Assembly: GCA_958295915.1 (NCBI GenBank)
Contig: OY282381.1
Location: forward strand, 144,722-208,721
Reading direction: 5' to 3'
Length of the DNA stretch: 64,000 bases
Source: an uncultured Caldilineaceae bacterium
GTDB taxonomy: Bacteria > Chloroflexota > Anaerolineae > Caldilineales > Caldilineaceae
Under the pieces are notes generated by a model. That model had not been told where the DNA came from, made no database searches, and saw only the letters and a list, made by a program, of their open reading frames with translations. Shown here piece by piece: positions 56,594 through 64,000 of the stretch (positions are counted from its first letter, which is position 1; each line of letters starts with the position of its first letter). Both the position numbers and the translations under genes were made by a program.

Positions 56594-56622
56594 TAGACAA
56601 ATGGGCTGAAATTTCTTAGAAT
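56594..56622 (+). promoter_or_regulatory. Sigma70-type promoter for ppk (TAGACA-17 nt-TAGAAT) with an adjacent inverted repeat
   Basis: TAGACA at 56594-56599 and TAGAAT at 56617-56622. The inverted repeat TTTCTGG-9 nt-CCAGAAA (56571-56593) abuts the -35 and could be an operator. Confidence 0.5.
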
Positions 56623-56687
56623 AGATGGGACCTCCGCGAGTATGTGTAGCGCAATGCCCCCTGAAAAGCAAGTTGGAGACAGAGCCG

Positions 56688-59021
56688 ATGAATTCTTATG
56701 CCTATCGATTTGACGAAGAGACGGAGTATCCACCGACTGTCGAACAGTTGATTGCCGGTGAATCGGCGACGATCGATGCGGCCATGGTCTCAGAATGGAG
56801 CGCAAGGCCATCATCCGATACGACGATGCCGCCGGTCGCCGCCTACCCCTCCCTGTCTACCCCGCTGACCAGCCTCTCGTTGGATGATTTGGCGGAATCA
56901 CCAGCCATCTACAACCGGGAGTTGAGTTGGCTGGATTTCAACTGGCGCGTCTTGTACGAAGCCCTCGATGCGCGCAACCCGCTCCTGGAACGGCTCAAGT
57001 TCATCGCCATCACCAGCAGCAATCTGGACGAATTCTTCCGCAAGCGGGTCGGTGGGCTGAAACGACAGCAGGCTGCAGGCGTTGCCAATCTGACACTCCA
57101 CGGCTGGACGCCGGACTATCAGATACAGCTCATTTCACGGCACGTCCACGCCATGGTTCAGTGTCAGACCCATGCGCTCCTGACAGATATCCTGCCCGGG
57201 TTACGCCAGGAGGGTATGCGCATCATCGCCTACGACGAACTGTCCGCTCCACAGCAGGAGGAGATGGCGGCATTCTTCCGCAGGGAAATCTACCCGATCC
57301 TGACGCCCCTGGCTGTGGATCCAGGCCATCCATTCCCGTTTATCAGCAACCTCAGCCTCAATCTGGCCGTAGAGATGCGGGACCCGGTCAGCCATGAGAT
57401 CCGGTTCGCCAGGGTCAAGGCGCCGTCGAACCGGGCCCGTTGGGTGACGGTAAACGACTCTCTCGATTTCGTGCCGTTGGAGCAGGTGATTACCCACAAT
57501 CTAGCCATGCTGTTCCCAGGGATGGAACTGATCGCCACCTATCCCTTCCGTGTGACCCGCAACGCGGATATCGTCCGCAGCGAAGAAGAGGCTGATGACC
57601 TGCTGGCGATGATCAGCGAAGAGTTGCGCGAACGGCGCTTTGCGCCAATCGTGCGGCTGGAAGTGGCTGAATCGATGCCGGACGACATCCGCGCGATACT
57701 GATGCAGGAGATGGCACTGCATCAGACCGATGTGTATCACCATGATGGGCCACTGGGTATGGCCGATCTGTTTCCGCTTGCCGATGTCAATTTACCCCAC
57801 CTGAAGCATGAGCCTTGGATGCCGCAGACCCATCCGGCCTTCTCCGGCATCGGCGGCCAGACCCGCCCCGCCGACATCTTCTCAATTATCCGAAAGGGAG
57901 ATGTGCTGGTCCATCATCCCTACCACAACTTTGCCACCAGCACACAGACATTTCTTGAGGCGGCGGCCAGGGATCCACAGGCGCTGGCGATCAAACAGAC
58001 CCTGTACCGCACGAGCGCCGATTCTCCGGTGGGGCGGGCCCTGATCCAGGCGGCGGAACGGGGCAAGCAGGTGGCTGTGCTGGTGGAATTGAAGGCCCGC
58101 TTCGATGAGGAGCGCAACATTGAATGGGCGCGCACACTGGAGGACGCTGGCGTTCACGTGGCTTATGGGCTTGTCGGGCTGAAGACCCATACTAAAACGA
58201 CCCTCGTCGTGCGAGAGGAAGAAGACGGGCTGCAAGTGTACGCCCACATCGGCACGGGCAACTACAATCCGAAGACGGCCGGCCTATACACGGATTTGGG
58301 ACTGCTGACAGCCCGTCCGGAGATCGGCGCCGATCTGATGGATCTGTTCAACTTTCTGACGGGATACAGCCGCCAACGCCACTATCGACGGCTGCTTGTC
58401 GCGCCGGTCAATATGCGAGATCGGTTCGTGGAACTGATCGACACGGAAGCGGCCCACGCGCTGGCCGGTCGGTCTGCCTGCATCATCGCCAAGATGAATG
58501 GGCTGGACGACCCGGTGATCGTGCGAGCGCTCTATCGGGCAAGTCAGGCCGGCGTCCGGATTCGTCTGATTGTACGGGGCAACTGTCGTATCCGTCCCGG
58601 TATCCCTGGTATCAGCGAGAATATCGAAGTCATCAGCGTCATTGGACGTTTTCTGGAGCACCACCGCATCTACTATTTCGCCAATGATGGCACGCCTCTG
58701 TATTTCATTGGCAGCGCCGACTGGATGTCCCGCAACCTGGTTGCGCGCGTAGAGGCGATCGTCCCAGTAGAGGAGCCGGCCCTGCAGGAACAGTTGCAGC
58801 GAATCCTGACGAGCTGCCTGGCGGACCGACGCCAGGCGTGGCTGATGCAGGCGGACAGTCTGTACCGCCGGCGGGACGAACCGTCAGGCGCCGACGATCC
58901 AGAGGCTGACAGGCCGGCAATGACAGCGACCCGCATCGAACGCGGCCCGGAACATGTCGCCTGCCTGTACGGCTCCCAACAGGCTCTGATGGACTGGACC
59001 CTACAGCCGGGACAGATATAG
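56688..59021 (+). CDS. ppk: Polyphosphate kinase 1
   Basis: [15 protein letters not shown] and the autophosphorylated His context [11 protein letters not shown], plus two PLD-like C-terminal domains. GGAG upstream of ATG 56688. Confidence 0.93.
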   Translation: MNSYAYRFDEETEYPPTVEQLIAGESATIDAAMVSEWSARPSSDTTMPPVAAYPSLSTPLTSLSLDDLAESPAIYNRELSWLDFNWRVLYEALDARNPLLERLKFIAITSSNLDEFFRKRVGGLKRQQAAGVANLTLHGWTPDYQIQLISRHVHAMVQCQTHALLTDILPGLRQEGMRIIAYDELSAPQQEEMAAFFRREIYPILTPLAVDPGHPFPFISNLSLNLAVEMRDPVSHEIRFARVKAPSNRARWVTVNDSLDFVPLEQVITHNLAMLFPGMELIATYPFRVTRNADIVRSEEEADDLLAMISEELRERRFAPIVRLEVAESMPDDIRAILMQEMALHQTDVYHHDGPLGMADLFPLADVNLPHLKHEPWMPQTHPAFSGIGGQTRPADIFSIIRKGDVLVHHPYHNFATSTQTFLEAAARDPQALAIKQTLYRTSADSPVGRALIQAAERGKQVAVLVELKARFDEERNIEWARTLEDAGVHVAYGLVGLKTHTKTTLVVREEEDGLQVYAHIGTGNYNPKTAGLYTDLGLLTARPEIGADLMDLFNFLTGYSRQRHYRRLLVAPVNMRDRFVELIDTEAAHALAGRSACIIAKMNGLDDPVIVRALYRASQAGVRIRLIVRGNCRIRPGIPGISENIEVISVIGRFLEHHRIYYFANDGTPLYFIGSADWMSRNLVARVEAIVPVEEPALQEQLQRILTSCLADRRQAWLMQADSLYRRRDEPSGADDPEADRPAMTATRIERGPEHVACLYGSQQALMDWTLQPGQI

Positions 59022-59318
59022 ATAGTCCCCTTCTACAGATAGCCCCCTTCCCCCTATAGTCCCGATACCAGCCCCCGTCGCCGCGGCTGTCCTGGCTGCG
59101 GCCAGTCTTTCTTCTGCCCGGCTTCACCACGCCTCAATCTCCCGCATCTTTCAGGGTTTTCGCTGTTAAGTCGCCGATCTGAGTACAAGAGGGCGATCGT
59201 GATCAAAGTCATATGACCTTTTCTATGACTATTGACACTATACGGTATGACTGCTTGCACACTATACTCTTTTGCAATCAGAAGCTATGGAAGTGGGCTG
59301 TTTGACCAAGGGACTCCG

Positions 59319-61556
59319 ATGATATTCAGAAATCTGATGCAAAGGTCTACCCGCAATAGCCTGACCTGTCTTGGAATCGCCATCAGCGTGGCCGCGGTGA
59401 TTGCCCTGGGCACGATCGCAAAAGAACTCTCCCCCGATGCAATCCTGACCGAGAACACCGATCTACTGGTCACCCAAGCAGGCGCAATCGATCCTGGTCT
59501 GAGCAGCCTGGACGAAACGATCGGCGCCCGCTTGCAGGCCCTGCCCGGTGTGAACTATGTGGAGAAGATCGTCTACAGATGGATTATGACGGAGGAATTG
59601 CCCCTTTTCCGCGTCTTCGGCTATGAGATTTTCAGTACGAAGATGGCGCACTACCGCATAGTCGAGGGCAAAGCGATCAGTAAGCCGGGACAAATTATTC
59701 TTGGCCGGCAAGCGAGCGAAATGTTCGCTATTTACCTGGGAGACAATCTGCGCATCTCCGGGACGCCCTATCGCGTCGTCGGCATCTATGAGACGGGCCA
59801 GAGTATGGAAGATGCGGGCGGGGTGCTGGCGCTGGAGGATGCCCAAACTGTCGCGCAGTTCAAGCGCGAAGTCAGCTTCTTCGAGATTGCTCTGCATCAG
59901 GACGCGGATATAGATGCCGTGACCGAACGCATCGAATCCCTGGATTTGAACTTGCTGATCAGCACAACCAACGACCAGAAAACTGAACAGCGTTTCAGCC
60001 AGTTTGTGCAGGGCGTCGCCCGGGGCATCGCCGCCCTCGCCATACTCATCGGCAGCCTGGGCGTGATGAACGCAATGATAATGAGTGTGCGGGAACGCAC
60101 CAGAGAGATCGGCACGCTGAGCGCTCTGGGCTGGAGCCGTTGGCGGATCGTGTGGATGATTTTGGGCGAATCTGTGACGCTGAGTGGGGCCGGCGGGATC
60201 GTCGGCATTTTCCTGGGGGCGGGCCTGGTCAAACTGGCCGGCGCAGTGACCGGAATGGCTATCCTGCTTTCTGGCGTCAGCCTGTTTACAGCGGCCATGT
60301 TTACCCAAGGGATGCTGACAGCCATGGTTCTGGGTCTGGTGGGCGGCGTCTATCCGGCCTGGCGGGCCGCCGGCCTGCGGCCCGTGGAAGCGCTCTCCTA
60401 CGAAGGGGGCGCAGGCGCAGCGTCGGATTCCAAAGAGGCGCTGAGCCGGGTCGGCGGTCAGAGCTTCCGCAACCTGTGGCGGCGGCGTGACCGCACCCTT
60501 CTGGCCGCGGCCGGCATCGGTATCGGCATAGCCATGCCTGTGATGCTGGGCGGCCTCACCGCTGGCATGATCAGACAGGTGAACGGTCTGGCCGGCAGCG
60601 GCAGTCTTGGCAACATTACCGTCATGCAGCGGGACGTTCCGAATCTACTTACAAGCCATATCGATGAGCGGCTCGCGCGCCAGATTCAGGCTATGCCGCA
60701 GGTGGAATCGGTCAGCCCGATGGTGATGGGGGTTATGCTGACGCCGGAACTGCCGATGTTCGCCATTCAGGGACTGGATCCCAACGGCGCGGCCATGGAT
60801 CATTACAAACTGACAGCTGGACAGTGGGGGCGACGACCCAATGAGATTGTTATCGGCAACAAAGCGTCCGAATCTTACGATCTGAATCTGGGCGACACCA
60901 TGACCCTGTACAACAGCCGCTACAAGGTCGTCGGCATCTACGAGACCGGTGTCGCCTGGGAAGAGGTCGGGGGCATTCTGGCATTGCGGGAATCCCAGCG
61001 GCTGTTGAGTAGCCCGCGCACTGTCAGCTTTCTGTTTGTCAATGTGAAAGACCCTTCTCTGGCGGAGCCGGTGCTGAACGAGATCAACCGGCGCTTCCCG
61101 GAGACGCGGGCCAGCATCAGCAGCAAGTTTGCCCAGAACACCAATACCATCGCCACGATGCAGGCAATTGCCAGATCTGTCGGTATGCTGGCGCTGATCA
61201 TAGGCGGGATCGTCATCGCCAATACGATGATCATGTCGATCTACGAACGCACCCGCGAGATCGGCACCCTGCAGGCGCTGGGTTGGCCGGGCAAGCGCAT
61301 TCTTACGCAGATCATGCAGGAAAGTCTGCTGCTGTGTCTGCTGGCGGCCTTGCTAGGCTGCTTCGGCGGCGTCCTGCTTCTCAATGGTATGGCCGACGTT
61401 CCTTTCGCAGGCAACTTCATGCTGCGCCCTGCCTGGGAGCCGCCCACGTTCGTTTCTGCGGTCGCGCTTACCCTCATTCTGGGGCTATTGGGCGGGTTTT
61501 ACCCGGCCTGGCGGGCCAGTCGCCTGCAACCGGTGGAGGCGCTGCGGTATGAGTAG
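59319..61556 (+). CDS. ABC transporter permease with two FtsX/MacB-type domains
   Basis: Two MacB periplasmic-domain plus FtsX four-helix modules (RERTREIGTLSALGW and YERTREIGTLQALGW; both end PVEAL.YE). Confidence 0.88.
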   Translation: MIFRNLMQRSTRNSLTCLGIAISVAAVIALGTIAKELSPDAILTENTDLLVTQAGAIDPGLSSLDETIGARLQALPGVNYVEKIVYRWIMTEELPLFRVFGYEIFSTKMAHYRIVEGKAISKPGQIILGRQASEMFAIYLGDNLRISGTPYRVVGIYETGQSMEDAGGVLALEDAQTVAQFKREVSFFEIALHQDADIDAVTERIESLDLNLLISTTNDQKTEQRFSQFVQGVARGIAALAILIGSLGVMNAMIMSVRERTREIGTLSALGWSRWRIVWMILGESVTLSGAGGIVGIFLGAGLVKLAGAVTGMAILLSGVSLFTAAMFTQGMLTAMVLGLVGGVYPAWRAAGLRPVEALSYEGGAGAASDSKEALSRVGGQSFRNLWRRRDRTLLAAAGIGIGIAMPVMLGGLTAGMIRQVNGLAGSGSLGNITVMQRDVPNLLTSHIDERLARQIQAMPQVESVSPMVMGVMLTPELPMFAIQGLDPNGAAMDHYKLTAGQWGRRPNEIVIGNKASESYDLNLGDTMTLYNSRYKVVGIYETGVAWEEVGGILALRESQRLLSSPRTVSFLFVNVKDPSLAEPVLNEINRRFPETRASISSKFAQNTNTIATMQAIARSVGMLALIIGGIVIANTMIMSIYERTREIGTLQALGWPGKRILTQIMQESLLLCLLAALLGCFGGVLLLNGMADVPFAGNFMLRPAWEPPTFVSAVALTLILGLLGGFYPAWRASRLQPVEALRYE

Positions 61557-61684
61557 ATCGAAATTATTGGATTTGCAGGGATCAAGGCAGGATATCCTGC
61601 ATCTTCCTGTCAATCCTTACATCCCGATCGGATTTGTCTGGCTACCTAACAAACCAAGTTACGATTGAAAAAGGACTGCTCCCC

Positions 61685-62755
61685 ATGAGAGAACCAATCA
61701 TTCGCACGGAAAATCTGACGAAAATCTATGGCAGCGGCGAGACGGCTACACGCACGCTCAACGGGCTTACAGTCGAAGTGCAGACCGGCGAATTTGTGGC
61801 TGTGATGGGTCCCAGCGGCTGCGGAAAGAGCACACTGCTCAACATGCTGGGCGCGCTGGACCAGCCGACCGAGGGCCGGGTATGGGTAGCCGGAGAAGAC
61901 CTGTCCACGCTGAAAAATGTGGCTCGCTTCCGCGCGCAGCATGTGGGATTCGTTTTCCAGTTGCACAATCTGCTGCCGACCCTGACCGCTCAGGAAAACG
62001 TGGAAGTTCCCATGCAGGGACAGAAGTACAGCCGCAAGGAAGGCAAAGAACGATCTTCTCATCTGTTGGAGCTGGTGGGCTTGGCGGACCGCCGCAGTTA
62101 TCTGCCCAACCAACTGTCCGGCGGGCAGCGGCAGCGGGTGGCGATTGCGCGTGCACTGGCCAATGAGCCTGCCTTGATTCTGGCCGATGAGCCGACCGGC
62201 GCCCTGGACAGCCACAGCAGCGAAGACATTCTTGCGCTGCTGGCTGAGTTGAACCGAACGCAACACACGTCCATCGTTGTCGTCACGCACAACCATCGAA
62301 TCGCTCAGGCAACCCGGCGCATCCTTCGCATGCAGGATGGACGCCTCGTGGACGACCACCGTGTCACTGACCCGCTGGAAGAGGACTTACGGATATTCGC
62401 TCAAAGTCAGTGCGGTCAGGCTCTGCTGAGTCACAACCGGCTCCCACGACTCGGAAGCGCCACTGCTGAAAATGCGGATCTGACTGCGCTGCGACGACTT
62501 CTGCAGACGTATAGTGACGGCAAACCCGCAGAACAGGAGGCGACGGCGCCCCAACCGGCGCCCACAGGCAATATGATACCCCAGCCCGTTCATCGTTCAG
62601 CCACTCCCAACCAACCAGGCTGGATACAGCAGAGGCATCAACCACCACATCAGCGGCCCGTCAGAAGAGGATTTGTGCGGATGCTCACCCAAAGTCAGCT
62701 CGGTCAAACGCTGCTGGGGGGAATAACCGGCCTTTCCCCACGACTCGAAAATTGA
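61685..62755 (+). CDS. ABC transporter ATP-binding protein (MacB/LolD-like) with a ~130-aa low-complexity C-terminal extension
   Basis: Walker [10 protein letters not shown], signature [15 protein letters not shown] and Walker [12 protein letters not shown]. The tail contains a direct DNA repeat. Confidence 0.88.
   Translation: MREPIIRTENLTKIYGSGETATRTLNGLTVEVQTGEFVAVMGPSGCGKSTLLNMLGALDQPTEGRVWVAGEDLSTLKNVARFRAQHVGFVFQLHNLLPTLTAQENVEVPMQGQKYSRKEGKERSSHLLELVGLADRRSYLPNQLSGGQRQRVAIARALANEPALILADEPTGALDSHSSEDILALLAELNRTQHTSIVVVTHNHRIAQATRRILRMQDGRLVDDHRVTDPLEEDLRIFAQSQCGQALLSHNRLPRLGSATAENADLTALRRLLQTYSDGKPAEQEATAPQPAPTGNMIPQPVHRSATPNQPGWIQQRHQPPHQRPVRRGFVRMLTQSQLGQTLLGGITGLSPRLEN
62395..62458. 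repeat. Repeat family I, copy 1 (inside the ATPase tail)
   Basis: CTCAAAGTCAGTGCGGTCAGGCTCTGCTGAG..AACCGG..CCCACGACTCGGAA, repeated at 62681-62750. Confidence 0.75.
62681..62750. repeat. Repeat family I, copy 2 (end of the ATPase ORF)
   Basis: CCCAAAGTCAGCTCGGTCAAACGCTGCTGGG..AACCGG..CCCACGACTCGAAA. The ORF stops 5 nt later. Confidence 0.75.
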
Positions 62756-62762
62756 TTCTGGC

Positions 62763-63200
62763 CTGGTAACCGCGCAGACAGTTTTGAGTGATCCGCCAGG
62801 GATAGTTCAAATGTCCTCTGAGGACGCAAGTGAACATTTGTAGCGGTCGACCCTCTGGTCTCCTGACCATCTCCGATGACATCCCTCGCGGCAGACGGCG
62901 CCAGCACATAGACGCTCTGGCCAACGAAACAATGGAGCGCCTCGCCGCGCTCTTTCCCCCGGAGAAGCGCTGTCCGTAGCGCTTCCGCTCATCGCCGGCA
63001 GTTACGTTCTGTCGGCATTGAAATGAGCACTCTCTACAGTAGTTTTCTCTCGCTTGTTATCAAATTGCTTGCGCCTGGCGATGAATTGGTAGCGATCACG
63101 CCAGGCAGTTTCTGCAATGGCTTCTATTGCAAGCCGTTTCGGGAACGATTGCTTGGCGAAATAAATCTGAGGCAAATTCACGTTGCCGCAACGTATATCC
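62763..63200 (+). pseudogene. Decayed fragment of an N6-adenine DNA methyltransferase (Eco57I/TaqI-like gamma class)
   Basis: 63023-63190 reads LYSSFLSLVIKLLAPGDELVAITPGSFCNGFYCKPFRERLLGEINLRQIHV, which matches my memory of the LY.AF..L...LL.PGGELV.ITPRSFCNGPYF.PFR......L..IHV block downstream of motif IV. In another frame, 62787-62840 reads SDPPGIVQMSSEDAS (degenerate NPPYFKLSKED-like). Multiple stops and frameshifts, and no catalytic N-terminus. Confidence 0.45.
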
Positions 63201-63218
63201 CGCACATCCACACACAGC

Positions 63219-63247
63219 TTGACAGAAGTCGAGTGCGCGTATATAAT
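63219..63247 (+). promoter_or_regulatory. Perfect consensus sigma70 promoter TTGACA-17 nt-TATAAT
   Basis: TTGACA at 63219-63224 and TATAAT at 63242-63247. The ATG at 63255 lies 8 nt after the -10, implying a leaderless or near-leaderless mRNA. Confidence 0.7.
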
Positions 63248-63254
63248 TTTAGTT

Positions 63255-63971
63255 ATGCCTAAAAATTACTCTTCCGAAGTCAACAATCCCCTCTCCTCCA
63301 ATCATGAGGACTACCTGAAGGCGATCTACCTTCTGGAAGCGCGCGGGGAACAGGTCACCAACTCAGCCCTTTCCCAATACATCGGCTTGGCGCCGGCATC
63401 GGCCACCAATATGGTAAAGAAACTGGCGCAAATGGGTCTGGTGGATTATCGGCCCTATCAGAGCGTAGCCCTGACTGAAACCGGGAAACGGGTCGCGTTG
63501 GAGATATTGCGACATCATCGCTTGCTGGAGCTTTTCCTGCACAAAACGTTGGATATCCCCTGGGAGCGGGTGCATGAAGAGGCCGAGCGTTTGGAACACG
63601 TGATCAGCGAGGCTCTGGAGGATGCCATTGCCGCGTCCTTGGGATATCCGAAGGTAGACCCGCATGGGGATCCGATTCCGTCCAAAAATGGCGAAATCAG
63701 CCATGCGCCCAGTCACCCCCTTTCCACAGCCGAAGCAGGCCACACATATAGGCTGGTGCGGGTCTTGAGCCAGGACACTGAGCGTCTGGCCTATCTGGGG
63801 CGGCTCGGTCTGCGTCTCGATGTGGAGATACACTTGCGGGAACAGGCTCCCTTTGATGGTCCTGTGCTGGTGGAAGTCGATGGCGAGGCGCATGCTTTGG
63901 CCATTGATATGGCGGCTCTTCTGCAAGTCGTGCCGTTGTCAGAAGAGTACAGCGCGTTGTCAGGAAACTGA
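63255..63971 (+). CDS. DtxR/MntR-family metal-dependent transcriptional regulator with a C-terminal FeoA/SH3-like domain
   Basis: EDYLKAIYLL, wHTH SALSQYIGLAPASATNMVKKL, metal-site helix RHHRLLELFL ... EAERLEHV, and DPHGDPIP. Confidence 0.9.
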   Translation: MPKNYSSEVNNPLSSNHEDYLKAIYLLEARGEQVTNSALSQYIGLAPASATNMVKKLAQMGLVDYRPYQSVALTETGKRVALEILRHHRLLELFLHKTLDIPWERVHEEAERLEHVISEALEDAIAASLGYPKVDPHGDPIPSKNGEISHAPSHPLSTAEAGHTYRLVRVLSQDTERLAYLGRLGLRLDVEIHLREQAPFDGPVLVEVDGEAHALAIDMAALLQVVPLSEEYSALSGN

Positions 63972-64000
63972 CATCATGCTGTCATACAATTGGCTCTTGG

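Noticed and set aside
63002-63211. 69-aa minus-strand ORF in the methyltransferase remnant region
   Set aside because: The plus-strand frame carries recognisable methyltransferase-like sequence. The minus ORF has no ribosome site or motif and overlaps the DtxR promoter.
63976-64000. Possible start of another gene (ATG at 63976, MLSYNWLL..)
   Set aside because: Only 8 codons are visible before the window ends, so it cannot be supported.

Overview
High-GC (about 58-60% by eye) bacterial chromosomal segment. I call about 57 protein genes and one tRNA-Leu(UAA). I found no rRNA, CRISPR array, transposase, integrase, reverse transcriptase or phage structural gene. Gene content and SD-type ribosome sites fit a Chloroflexota-like free-living heterotroph, but I cannot verify taxonomy without a search.

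Genes, left to right:
- amidohydrolase (truncated by the window edge), tRNA-Leu, mltG, a GDP-sugar pair (rmd-like plus gmd), and a DUF4062-like plus Nudix pair
- pheT (no adjacent pheS), RNase Z, a metallophosphoesterase and a LysM lipoprotein
- a 16-kb, 13-gene co-directional minus-strand island: two CUT1-type sugar ABC importers, two sulfatase-family enzymes, two PhyH-type dioxygenases, a Gfo/Idh/MocA oxidoreductase, a DegT-type aminotransferase and a deacetylase-like protein
- F420-type oxidoreductase, PyrK-like protein, DmpA peptidase, SufE, XdhC/MocA molybdenum-cofactor maturation genes split by a TerC gene, and smc
- a protein with three near-identical DUF4399 repeats fused to a cytochrome c domain
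- a seven-gene Mrp (Mnh) cation/proton antiporter operon, FGGY kinase, MFS transporter, CPBP protease, ppk1, a MacB-like ABC pair, a decayed DNA methyltransferase fragment and a DtxR/MntR regulator

The most unusual property is at DNA level. At least nine families of short interspersed repeats (about 35 copies by manual reading) fill almost every intergenic spacer. Several copies lie inside open reading frames:
- A 53-nt palindromic element sits in-frame in three different Mrp subunit genes, resembling Rickettsia palindromic elements.
- A second element is shared in-frame by a sulfatase and a deacetylase-like gene.
- Other elements donate stop codons and C-terminal residues.

Other leads:
- two paralogous tail-anchored coiled-coil proteins built from 21/33-nt tandem repeats, one inserted as a cassette inside the mrp operon
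- the DUF4062-like plus Nudix pair
- a sulfatase-family protein with Thr at the formylglycine position
- a consensus promoter giving a leaderless DtxR mRNA

All alignments, identities and GC statements are manual estimates, not computed values.
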